Below are positions 41,084 to 51,850 of a stretch of 64,000 nucleotides of DNA, one piece after another (position 1 is the first letter of the stretch; each line of letters starts with the position of its first letter). The stretch is taken from IMG/VR virus record IMGVR_UViG_3300002494_000025, positions 71,375 through 135,374 of that record; one strand, given 5' to 3'. Under the pieces are notes generated by a model. That model saw nothing but the letters and a program-made list of their open reading frames with translations. It had not been told where the DNA came from and made no database searches. Made by a program: the position numbers and the translations under genes. This DNA is from a virus.

Positions 41084-44000
41084 ATGAATTTTGATGTAAA
41101 TAAGTATCTGAAAATACTATTTGACAATGAAACAACAATAATCGATGAATTAAATGAATCCGGTGATAAAACAGATATTATTACTGAGGATGACGATACA
41201 AGTGATGATACATTAACTAATGATTGGATGAAATATGTTGAGAGTATTGAACTGACAACTAAACCATTTGATGAATTCAAAGATATAGTATAGTGGATAT
41301 TGGTTAAAACAGCAAATAATAATGTTACTGCAATACCAATTGATAAAAGTGAAAAAACATTCGAGTCTGTTTTACAAAAACATTCTAAAGTTTTAAGATC
41401 ATCAAGTAGTAGTGTAACAGGTGCTATAAACACTTTAAAAACACAATTAAATGTCATAGGTTTCATATTACCAACTTACATCAAGATACATTTTAAGGAT
41501 AAGTTTCTAAAAACTACAAATATAACAAAAATACCATTTGATGAATTTAAAACCTTCTACGTGTTTGTCTTGTACAATATAACCGGTATTTCAGTTAAAC
41601 AAATTAAAGAGTTAATCAAAACTGAGATTGATCCAGATGGTAAAATTTTGAATGATAAAAACAATCAAAGAATGTTACATCAATATCACGAATTTCTACT
41701 CACATACGGTAATAAAAACAAACCTTCAATGTTCAACTTCAGTAAATTTGAAATTCCATTTAACTAGGAACTAACACAAGAAGCTGAAAAAACTAGTGAC
41801 AAAGATGTTGTAACTACAAGTAAACCCAAAAAATTCACACTTTATCAAAAAACAAAACATTCAATTGTTCCGGATGAAGAGTTTGTAGGTAGTGGTTAGT
41901 TATTTGATGATACAAACAAAATTCTATAGTACATATTCGAAATGAATTCTAATAACATGTCCCAGGATAGTGTTCAACTCAAAATGTTTAAATAGATATT
42001 TAACAGACTGTACAAAATTCAGATTGTCGATACAAAGGACCAGGAATAGATTGTTTAGTTACTATTCACAATTTTACTTTACATAAGTCGAAAAGATATT
42101 GGGATTGAAAATAATACAATTGAACTATACAACGTGTTGTCAAATGAAAGAATGGTTATAGATAATATTGGGGGGTTAACTAAATTATCAGATTTACTCA
42201 AAGGATTACAGTTCGATTTACTTGTTCAAGATATAGAAGTATATACAAAAACTAAGAAAGTTGAAAATACAATACTTCTTAGTTTATTATATGAAAATTT
42301 CAAAGATAGTAGTTTCTACAACATATTACGAAAAGTTTCAAAGTACGTGGACGGTAATGCACCAATTTATGTGATCCAAAATGAAGAGATTATGAAATAG
42401 CTTTAGAACGGTAAAATGGATTAGGATACATTCTTGAGTAAATACCCAGACGAACAACAAAAGTATTTTATCAGATTGGTACTGGCAAAAAGTGGTGAAA
42501 CTAAATTTACACCCGATGTGGTTGTTATAGTACCATTTAAACAAAATGTAATTAAAACTCAATCAGTAACACCAATTGGTAACTATAATTACTATGTTGT
42601 TACTGATGAAATTCAAGACCATGAACATGGAACATTAAAAAATCAATACATTAATAGTTACAACATTAAGTATTCAAACAACACGTCAATAAAACCAGTT
42701 GAACTATAGTTCGTTTCTGATAACAACACATTATTGTCTAATTCATAGTATGTTGTTAAATTTGAACACGATCTTAATAATGTTGATGATGTTGATGATA
42801 TGATTGTGGATACAGTTGATAATCCATTATTAATTACCGACCTTGATAGAGAAGAAATCGGATTTGGTGGTATATTTGGGTTCTCAATTAAAACAGTTGG
42901 TGATGGCGGTGCAAGACTTGGTAGATTGTTACATACCGTTGTTGATGAAGATATCCCAACTTTTAATGAAAATCGAAATTATATGACTGACATACTACAG
43001 ACAATTATCAAAGATAACAGGGATATAACTCATAACATACTCCACGAAAATGATAAGAGTATTTTGAAATATATATCATCCAAATAGCTTGATATTATTA
43101 CTCAGAAATATGGTATTACCGGTGTGTATAACATTTTTAAAACACTGAGTGAAAGTCTATTTAGAAATAAACAGTATACAAATATATTCTTGGAGACCAT
43201 GTTACGATAGGTATTAGATGATGATGTACTCTCAAAAATGATTATTGAGAGTTACAACAACAGTGATATCGATGAGGATATATTCAGTCATTTATTCATT
43301 CAAATACTATCAGAACTGTTATTCGAAAAATGGGTTAAACATGTTATTACAGAAAGTGAAGAGAATATAGTACATGGTGAGATATCTAAAGAGGAGAAAC
43401 AAACAATTATTAGTAGGGTAAACTCATTGTGGAATACATACATATATAAGAGTGTTACAGAGAAAAATTCAAAATATAAATTTTCCTTCTCCGACTTATA
43501 TAACCCAGATACCATTAAACAACTATAGTCTATATTTGTTGAACAATTCCAACAGTTAAATAATCAAAATGAAACCGAAATTGTTAAATCTATAAACTCT
43601 ATATATGTAGACCTATACAAAGAGTTGGTCTTACCAGTTTATAACAATACAGGACAGTTCATAAATATGTTTACAGAATTTGTAAAGAAATATGTAGATA
43701 ATATTAATATCGATGATGTTGACGAGTTAAACAGACAAATAAAACTGGATATTATTAGTTAGATTAAGTCCATGATTAACAAACATGGTTCAGATTCACA
43801 AGTCATAAGGTTACCACAAATTACAGATGTTATCTTCAATGATTGTAACCTAACAGAAAATACAGAACTGTACAGTATTATCAAAGGGTTAGTTGGTAAA
43901 AACAGTTTGAACATCAAAGAGTTTTCCACATTTATTTACAATAAAATTCTAAAGAAAATTACATATTTGTTGTTCATAATTAAATTGTACACATGGTACG

Positions 44001-45349
44001 TCACAAATGTATTGTTACTTCTAACAGTCCAAGATTATAATGTGTTTATCAAATCGATATTCATTTAGGGCGCGAAACAATTTAACACAATAAAAGTATT
44101 TAATAATGACAATATGAAAACCAGTTTGGATTACAAATAGTTAATACAACATTAGAAATCATCAAAAGACAAAATATCGTTACATTTTGTCAAACACATA
44201 AGAGTTAACATACCACTCTTTACGTTAAGTATTCAAAGTTCAGAAAAACTGATAAGTTCAATAGAAAAGAACGTTAAACAATTGTAGAAAAAAATAAATA
44301 TTACAAATCCAGAAACAATTCGACAACTTCTGATATCACTTACAAAAAATATGATTAGTGTGGAAATTAAGAAAGTTGGTAGGGGTACTGAAACAGTTGA
44401 ACACAATACTGACAAAGTTGAGAATACAATGAACAAACTATTAAACAAACTTTCTAATAGCCAAGACATATTAAAACTGAGCCAATTGACATCCACCGAT
44501 ATAATTACTATTTTAAACACAGATGAAAATATTTTTAATAAATATCTGTTATAGAACTTATATACCAATACTGATGTCATTCAAAAACTTACAAACTCTA
44601 TAGAAAATGCATTGTATGATAAATTGTCAAATGTAGACCCCAATAAAGTATATATTGTCAAAACATATATGAATGTGAAATATCGTGGACAAGAGGATAA
44701 TTCATTACCACTTCAGATCAAAGATACAAATATTACAATCTTGCAATAGGAAAATGCAAAGTCGATAATAAATGACTTAATATGGGAGTATTATGAACAA
44801 CTAATTAATGGTAATGCATGTCAATTACTATTGTGGTAGAATTTCAATCATATATTTGATATTACATCAGTATCAAGTAAAAGTAATCAAACTGATGATA
44901 GAATTACGGTGTCGGTGGTTTATAATCAAGCAATACAATTACTGATACAGGCAGAGTCTGATATGTATATAGATTTGAAGTTTGTTGTATATCCACTTGA
45001 TACAACAAATAGTAGTTTAGAAAATACTGATACAATTCAGAAACCATTAGTTATTACATCAAAAAACATACCACAATTGAAAAGTATAAAAATTTCTAAG
45101 ACACTCATAAATTTTGGAATTGCATTAACATTAAAATCTGAGATAAGATCGGGTACTTTCGGTTAGGATGAAAATATCAGGGTAGTTGTGAGTAAAATAT
45201 TTACTGATATGGATTCCGGATTTGAACTTGTAATGCCGTTGTACACATCAAAAGTAAAAGTTGATAATTCAGTAACAAAAAATCTTGATAGTAGTATACA
45301 TGATATACTTGATACAGTTGTAGACTATATAACAAGTTATAATATATAA
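41084..45349 (+). CDS. Large hypothetical protein, possibly a head-packaged protein (1421 aa, TAG=Ala)
   Basis: Nine listed ORFs share one frame; TAA at 45347; acidic N-terminus. Confidence 0.75.
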
Positions 45350-45367
45350 CAGTTGATATATAATAAC

Positions 45368-45410
45368 AAAAAGACCACCCCGAGATATTTCAGGGTGGTC
45401 TACTTTTTTT
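45368..45410. terminator. Bidirectional intrinsic terminator
   Basis: AGACCACCC...GGGTGGTCT hairpin with A and T tracts between convergent genes. Confidence 0.8.
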
Positions 45411-45425
45411 ATTAACTAAATATAA

Positions 45426-45818
45426 CTATTCATCTTTTTTGTTCTTTCTTCTTTTACGACTATTACGTTTTTCTACTTTTGTTTCTATTTCTACATCATC
45501 ATTTTCTTTTTTCTTTCTTTGTCTTTGTTGTTTCGTTCTTTTGGTTTTAATATTGATTTTAAACCCTTTCAAGTTCTTTTTCAATTCGTCATATAATATA
45601 TTATATACATCGTCTGTTGTATTTAGTGATGGTTCAGTATCTATGTCAACTGCAACTGTTTTTTTATACACGTTTGTATAAATAGTCAGAATCCGGTCGT
45701 CGACTTCAGTTTTTGTACATATGTACATCCCATGTTTAAACTTGGAACCCAAAACAATATTTTCAATTATATCCTTGATTTTCCACATAATACCATCCTC
45801 CTTTCTTTTAATATTCAC
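45426..45818 (-). CDS. Hypothetical basic protein
   Basis: Intact ORF with K/R-rich C-terminus; likely start at MWKIK after GGAGG. Confidence 0.65.
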   Translation of the reverse strand: MNIKRKEDGIMWKIKDIIENIVLGSKFKHGMYICTKTEVDDRILTIYTNVYKKTVAVDIDTEPSLNTTDDVYNILYDELKKNLKGFKINIKTKRTKQQRQRKKKENDDVEIETKVEKRNSRKRRKNKKDE

Positions 45819-46498
45819 TAAATTAGTGTTGATAATAGTTGTAAGTTTTTCTCAAGTCTATATTTTTTACTGGCTGATAACATATTTTTATACTCAATTG
45901 TATGTATATTATTCAACCCGTATTTTAACAATATATATAAATACTCTTTAATTATCTTCTTGTTTACAATGAGTTTGCTGTCTTCATAATTATTTGTTTT
46001 CTTCTTATATTCTTCTAATCTTGTCATTAATATATCAACAATTTTCAATATTTGGAAATCGTCAAGTTCCTCATGGTTCCTACTGGGTCCAGTTTCTTCA
46101 TCATCTTCATTATCACTATTGTTGTTGGTATAATAATAAACAAAGTCAAGGTATTCTATCATATCATCATCAAATGAGATGAGTGGGATTTCATAATACT
46201 TGTATTTTATGTACGAAAATACGAACATTGTGATTAATTTATCCGATATAAATGGGATACGGATTGAAACATAGTTTGATTTTGTTGATTTTGTATTTTT
46301 AGAAACTTTTTCAAGTGCCCATGTTAGTATTTCGCTTACTATGTCTTCGATATCTTCTTTAGGTAGGTTAATATTAATATTATACTTTTTTATTTTTCTA
46401 TAAATTTTACCATACAATATTTGTCTAATTTTTTCAACTCCCTCAATTTCTCTTGTTGAGAGATTACTTTCCATAATTTCCATAATAACACCTCCCAT
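45818..46498 (-). CDS. Sigma-factor-like protein (region 2-like), TAG-free
   Basis: KIYRKIKKY...EDIEDIVSEILTWALEK...YVSIRI resembles sigma region 2; likely start MEIMES after GGAGGTG. Confidence 0.45.
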   Translation of the reverse strand: MGGVIMEIMESNLSTREIEGVEKIRQILYGKIYRKIKKYNININLPKEDIEDIVSEILTWALEKVSKNTKSTKSNYVSIRIPFISDKLITMFVFSYIKYKYYEIPLISFDDDMIEYLDFVYYYTNNNSDNEDDEETGPSRNHEELDDFQILKIVDILMTRLEEYKKKTNNYEDSKLIVNKKIIKEYLYILLKYGLNNIHTIEYKNMLSASKKYRLEKNLQLLSTLI

Positions 46499-46659
46499 GT
46501 TTTAATATTTTTTATTTTCTTCTGATGTACCACGGTAATGTCGTAGATGTACCACGGTATCTTTGTAAATACTTCTAAATTTTTCCATCATAAATACTAT
46601 ACTATACTACAATAGTATGGTATATACTATACTACTATCTATCTCACCTGATTTCTTCA

Positions 46660-46837
46660 GGTGAAACTTACACCCTCGTTCTTTTTGATTTTCCTGGTAT
46701 AAACTAACCAGGTTATATCAATTTGTAGAGAATTTTGTTGGGGATTTGTTGGGGATTTGTTAGGATTGTTGGGGATTTGTTGGTGAAACTTACACCCTCG
46801 TTCTTTTTGATTTTCCTGGTATAAACTAACCAGGTTA
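46660..46837. repeat. 56-bp direct repeat (46660-46715, 46782-46837) flanking TTGTTGGGGAT tandem units
   Basis: GGTGAAACTTACACCCTCGTTCTTTTTGATTTTCCTGGTATAAACTAACCAGGTTA occurs twice; 4-5 copies of TTGTTGGGGAT lie between them. Confidence 0.9.
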
Positions 46838-47108
46838 CGTCAATTTATTATAACACTTTTTGTTTTCTTTGTCAAGACAAGACAATAAGCAATAACAATA
46901 AGTATAAAATTGTAATAAAATAAAAATACAAATTTCAACATTATAGAATGTGTACAATGACAATGTAAAACAATTATGTAACTTAATTGAGATAGTACTA
47001 TCTTACTGTGGAAAGAAAAACAATGGAACAACATATTTGTCAAGATCAAAATTAAATAAAGATTGCAAATCTCAACATATTATTATATGAAACGTGTGAT
47101 ATAGATGT

Positions 47109-47184
47109 GGGGCCGTAGCTCAGTTGGGAGAGCACTACCCTTGCAAGGTAGAGGCCGTGGGTTCAAATCCCATCGGCTCCACCA
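47109..47184 (+). tRNA. tRNA-Ala(UGC)
   Basis: 76-nt cloverleaf GGGGCCG...CGGCTCC ACCA, anticodon loop CTTGCAA, G3:U70. Confidence 0.95.
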
Positions 47185-47356
47185 GATTGAACAACATATT
47201 GATACAATGGATATGAACCTTGAGAAATAAGGGCTTTTTTGTTTTAAAAAAGAGGTTCTACAAGAGGAAAAAACAATGGAACAATATATTTGTCAAGATC
47301 AAAATTGAAATAAAAATTGCAAATCTCAACATATTAATTATGGAGTGTGTGATATC

Positions 47357-47432
47357 GGGGGTGTAGCTCAACTGGGAGAGCAGCGGTCTCTAAAACCGTC
47401 GGTTGCGGGTTCGAACCCCGTCACCTCCACCA
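47357..47432 (+). tRNA. Amber-decoding tRNA (anticodon CUA) with alanine identity, tRNA-Ala(CUA)
   Basis: GGGGGTG...CACCTCC-A-CCA gives G3:U70 and A73; anticodon arm GCGGT-CTCTAAA-ACCGT with CTA at 47390-47392; normal D and T arms. Confidence 0.93.
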
Positions 47433-47438
47433 GATTTT

Positions 47439-47798
47439 GGGGACGAATGGTTTCGACGGAGGTAAGTCCTCTTCGGAAGCGGGTCGAGGTTACCTACCGT
47501 CCTCGTAAAAAAACGGTAGGAAAAAAATAAGTGCCAACGAATACATTCCTCTTGCTGCCTAATTAACAGGTAGCCATCCACTACAAGGTTGGACCAGTAC
47601 CTTGTAGTTGGGTGTGACTCAACTGGTCCGGTAACTCAGACGCGTCTCACGTCTGATGTTACTTTACTCAATGAGACTGGTCAATCAGTAGTTTGTCTGT
47701 GGACGACTGATTGATGAGATTTAAATCACAGACTGTACCCGGAGATGCCGAGGTGGACTTACTTTCGGACGTGGGTTCGATTCCCACCGTCTCCACCA
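47439..47798 (+). ncRNA. ssrA: tmRNA (SsrA), tag (A)ANEYIPLAA
   Basis: 5' GGGGACG, 3' GGGTTCGATTCCCACCGTCTCCACCA, 360 nt; tag frame GCC AAC GAA TAC ATT CCT CTT GCT GCC TAA at 47533-47562. Confidence 0.93.
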
Positions 47799-47891
47799 GA
47801 AAGACAGAAATTATATATGAATTATATAGAAATTACATAACTTAAATATGTAATTTTTTAAATGAATTTCAAATGAAACGGGGGTGTTATA

Positions 47892-48383
47892 ATGGTAAAA
47901 ACAATAAGAGGAAACATTATTTTTAAAATGGATGTTAATTTTAGTGAATTGCATGATGTGGCTGAATTTTTAGAATTTGAATTCACTCGAGGATTCTAGA
48001 AACATGTTGAGATATCAGTTGTATCACCAAAGATAGATAGTGTTCTGATGAAGAAATTGGCAAAAACATTAGCACCGTTGAAATCAAAAATAAACATAAA
48101 GTGGAATGGAGATACGTTGTTGATCACATTTGATGTGAAGCCAATGTACGGATCGTATCCCAAAACATCGATTGATTATCTATATCCATTATTTGATGTA
48201 ATTGAAGAATTGAAAAATATTGATCCTGACATTCGTTTTTCTGCTACTGTATCAACATCAAAAAATATGGACATAATAAGTCCTGATATTATAATTGGCT
48301 ATGCAGAAGATTTACAAAAATATGCAAAACGTTGGATAGAAAATTGGGAAGTGGTATATCATAAACCATACGGAGCTATCTAA
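47892..48383 (+). CDS. Hypothetical protein, paralog 1 (163 aa, one TAG)
   Basis: RBS plus ATG at 47892 in frame with ORF 48048-48383 across F*KHVEI. Confidence 0.75.
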
Positions 48384-48449
48384 TGATTCCAAAACAGTAT
48401 TACGTTTGAACATAAAAAAGGTGGGATTCATTCCCACCTTTATATTTTA

Positions 48450-48535
48450 GATGAGATTTAAATCACAGACTGTACCTGGAAATGTCGAAGAGGACTTACT
48501 TTCGGACGTGGGTTCAATTCTCACTGTCTCCACCA
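48450..48535 (+). repeat. Degenerate duplicate of the tmRNA 3' end
   Basis: GATGAGATTTAAATCACAGACTGTACC...CTCCACCA copies 47713-47798 with substitutions. Confidence 0.85.
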
Positions 48536-48615
48536 GAAAGACAAAAATTATATATGAATTATACGGAAGTTATATAACTTAAATATGTAATTTAGATGAA
48601 AACGGAGGTGTTATA

Positions 48616-49086
48616 ATGGCAAACACAGTAAGAGGAAAATCTAATTTTAAAGTTGATGTCATTTTTAATGAACTACGTGATGTGATTAATTTTCTATACT
48701 TCAGACCTGAATTTTAGAAACATGTCGAAATAACAATTGTATCACCAAAGATAGATAGTGTTCTGATGAAGAAATTGGCAAAAACATTGGCACCGTTGAA
48801 ATCAAAAATAAACATAAAGTGGGATGGAGATACGTTGTTGATCACATTTGATGTGAAAGAAACGTACGGATCGTATCTCAAAACATCGTTTGATTATCTA
48901 TATCCATTATTTGATGCAATTGAAGAATTGAAAAATATTGATCCTGACATTCGTATTTTTGCTACTGCATCAGCATCAAAAAATTCGGATATAGTATATC
49001 CTGAAGACATAATTTCGTATGCAGAAGACTTACGAAGCTATGCAAAACGTTGGTCGAAAAATTGGAAAATAGTATATCATATATAA
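48616..49086 (+). CDS. Hypothetical protein, paralog 2 (156 aa, one TAG)
   Basis: Highly similar to 47892-48383; TAG at the aligned position. Confidence 0.75.
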
Positions 49087-49146
49087 ACCATACTCATACT
49101 AAACTATCTAATGAAATGTTAATTATAATAAGGGGGGGTATCTATT

Positions 49147-49614
49147 ATGGAATATACAAGTAAAGGCAAAATGATAATGTATTTTGATGATGATTCCAAA
49201 ACAATATTACATGGTGAACTTGTATTCAATGGATGGGGTACACTTGAACAATTTATTACAGATGATAATATTATATTTACAGTAGTTGAATCAACAGAAT
49301 TGTTCGAAAATATCCATTATAGTAAGATAGTATTTGATGAAGATTCTGTAACTAAAATACGAAGAAAAAATCCTACACTGTACAAAAAGATTGAGGAATA
49401 TGTGGATAAAGAGTTTTATCTTGCACTCATCGATAAAGCATTGAAATATGTGAGAAAAGAACACCCAGAATTTGAAACAGAAGAATTTGAAGAGGCGGCT
49501 GATGAAGTATTGGAAGAGTTAAAGGAAGAATACAAAGAGTTTGATGTGGTTGATAAAATAAATTATGTCCCAATGGATGTCAAAATAATTGAACTTGAGG
49601 ATGAAAATAAATAA
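49147..49614 (+). CDS. Hypothetical acidic protein
   Basis: Intact 155-aa ORF with strong RBS, followed by a terminator at about 49645-49675. Confidence 0.75.
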   Translation: MEYTSKGKMIMYFDDDSKTILHGELVFNGWGTLEQFITDDNIIFTVVESTELFENIHYSKIVFDEDSVTKIRRKNPTLYKKIEEYVDKEFYLALIDKALKYVRKEHPEFETEEFEEAADEVLEELKEEYKEFDVVDKINYVPMDVKIIELEDENK

Positions 49615-49843
49615 AACACACATATGAATATTTTGAACATAACAAAAGGTGGGGTTTATTCCCACCTTTATATTTTATATGTACAATATGTTAAAAAAAC
49701 TAAAAAACTTAAAATCAAACTTGATATTGGGGTGAATTTCAATTGAATGGTTGGGTTGGATATGATATTTCCAAATGGTTCGAAGAATGTGGTGGTATGT
49801 GATATTATAAAACATTTTATATGTATTGATAGGGTGAGAATGT

Positions 49844-50032
49844 ATGGAATATATAAATTTAGTATATCATGATGAGAATGTTTATCTCTACAATAATAAT
49901 TTTTTAACTATAGACATGAATGATTGGATAGGAAGGATTAATCTAATAGTCACATCACCACCATACAATATCAAAAAATCCCCTTGTTATTGTTGTGTAT
50001 ATCTGATAGATCTTATCTGTTATATACATTAA
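49844..50032 (+). pseudogene. Truncated N4/N6 DNA methyltransferase fragment
   Basis: INLIVTSPPYNI (motif IV) followed by unrelated sequence and TAA after 62 codons. Confidence 0.65.
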
Positions 50033-50282
50033 CGGAACTTTATATGTGTATTCAGAACTTATGTTTATTAATACAACCAAATCTATTTTTCCATTTTTAT
50101 TACTTGATAAACGTACGTCACTTTTGAGTGTCAATTTTTGTAAAACTTAATAATGGGAAGACATATATGATATGGATGTGGAAGTGTTTGTATGAGTATG
50201 AAGATTGTACATGGTAGTGAGGTAAGAAAAACTTTAAAAATATAAAATCATTAATAGAGAATGGATAAGGAGGTGTGTATAT

Positions 50283-50549
50283 ATGAAACCATTGGGTGAG
50301 AGACTGTTGATAAAACCAATTAATGAAGAGAAAAAAACATCGGGTGGACTAATATTACCTTCAAATGATTCTGAGAACTTTATTAAAGGTATTATAGTTG
50401 GTGTGGGTGTTATACCGGAAGGATACGAATCGGACAATTATACGTTGGGAGATGTTGTAGTATTTAATAAATATAGTGGTGTTGAAATTGTATTGGATGG
50501 GGAAACATATTACGTAGTAAATATAAGAGATGTGTTATTGAGGGTGTAA
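50283..50549 (+). CDS. groES: Co-chaperonin GroES (Cpn10)
   Basis: MKPLGERLLIK...TSGGLILP...GDVVVFNKYSGVEIVLDGETY. Confidence 0.93.
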   Translation: MKPLGERLLIKPINEEKKTSGGLILPSNDSENFIKGIIVGVGVIPEGYESDNYTLGDVVVFNKYSGVEIVLDGETYYVVNIRDVLLRV

Positions 50550-50662
50550 ATTATGTAAATTAACTTGTTAAAATAATATAACTAATAACATAACAAATAT
50601 TCAAATATTGGTGGGTGACAATAACACCCACCTTTCTTTTTAAAAAATTGTTACACTTTGTT

Positions 50663-51223
50663 TTATCCAATTATAACTTTGTTTGAAAATTTGATCACGT
50701 TTTTGTCAGATATTAATTCAATTGGTTTGTTGTTGTAATACGGATAATCAATTGACATTTTTCCTATTAACCAATATGTCTTTGTACCAACTGAACCAGT
50801 GACTTTGTATACGTTATATCCAAAAAATATTAATACTGGATTTAGATAGTACAACTCTGCTATTGTGAACGTAATGGTTAACAGTAATAACGTTATGATA
50901 CCTGATGTTACATCGAATATTGTTGATATTAGTATTAACATAACATTTACTATTACTGAAAATATCATAGTTTTGTTACTCCATAAATGAACAGTTGTTC
51001 CTTTTGGTAGAGAGATTTTGTGGTACCACTTATGACATTGAGACAATTTCTTTAATACAATACTTAGTGACAATAATAAAACGACAGATGTTAAAACAAA
51101 CCAAATCCCGATGACATGTTGAAATAATAACAACTGTGTCAATCCAAATGCTAAAAAATAAACTGTAAACATATTTAAACTGAATAAAATTTTTATAAAC
51201 ACATTTACAAGTGTCATTAACAT
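50663..51223 (-). CDS. Multi-TM membrane protein, KwaA-like
   Basis: About 4 TM segments followed by YYLNPVLIFFGYNVYKV; GGAGGTG RBS before ATG at 51223; TAG-free. Confidence 0.5.
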   Translation of the reverse strand: MLMTLVNVFIKILFSLNMFTVYFLAFGLTQLLLFQHVIGIWFVLTSVVLLLSLSIVLKKLSQCHKWYHKISLPKGTTVHLWSNKTMIFSVIVNVMLILISTIFDVTSGIITLLLLTITFTIAELYYLNPVLIFFGYNVYKVTGSVGTKTYWLIGKMSIDYPYYNNKPIELISDKNVIKFSNKVIIG

Positions 51224-51519
51224 AACCCCACCTCCTTCATACTTCCTATGTAAACACATATTATTTTTCGTGTCGTACAATAATAATATGTTTGATTTTG
51301 CAATATTGGAAGTGTAAATTTTATATAGTCTATATGGTTATGAACAATGTAAACATCACATGTTTCGACGAGTGGCCGGCCCACCGACAGACACAAATGT
51401 TGAGGTGTAAATAAAAATTAATATAATTTTTATTTATAGTTGGCAGGATAAAAACTATAAAAAACTTTTATATTCAATCATGTTACTATTGTTAATAATA
51501 TGCCATTATTCAAAGAAAA

Positions 51520-51850
51520 ATTAACTGTCTCCTAGATAATAATATAATATATATTATATATATAACTGGTCTAGTAACTGACAATTGTCATATCACAGTA
51601 TATGTACTAGTACTAGATATTATATATATATAACTAGTCTAGTAACTGATAAACTGTTATATTACAATGTATATACTTAGCACTAGTATTAATAACTTGG
51701 TAAATTGTTATATTACAGATATATATAACTAGTACTAGTATCAGTAACTGATAAATTGCCATGTTACATGTTACAGATACATAATTAGTACTATTAACTA
51801 TTATAGAATAGATAAAATCTATTATATATATCAGTTACAGTTATAATCAT
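51520..51850. repeat. Degenerate AT-rich tandem repeats (candidate replication origin)
   Basis: About 4 units with core TAACTGAYAAAYTGYYATRTYACA, CTAGTACTAG palindromes and (AT)n runs in a 0.7-kb gene-free gap. Confidence 0.6.

Noticed and set aside
1-45349. Decayed prophage with mass pseudogenisation
   Set aside because: Interruptions are exclusively TAG, with no frameshifts or internal TAA/TGA in the multi-kb frames I traced; they fall at conserved Ala sites, and a CUA tRNA is present
46660-46837. Mini CRISPR array
   Set aside because: Only two 56-bp repeats, the intervening DNA is itself a simple tandem repeat, and no cas genes are present
47345-47581. ORFs 47345-47530(+) and 47390-47581(-)
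   Set aside because: They overlap the amber tRNA and tmRNA, which explain the sequence
48450-48535. Prophage attR at the tmRNA 3' duplicate marking the phage end
   Set aside because: Phage-type, TAG-containing genes and promoter motifs continue on both sides, the duplication extends into the downstream gene, and no integrase is adjacent
47892-49086. Diversity-generating retroelement TR/VR pair
   Set aside because: Differences between the paralogs are not adenine-specific and no reverse transcriptase is present
51520-51850. CRISPR array in the AT-rich repeat region
   Set aside because: Units are degenerate and variable with no unique spacers
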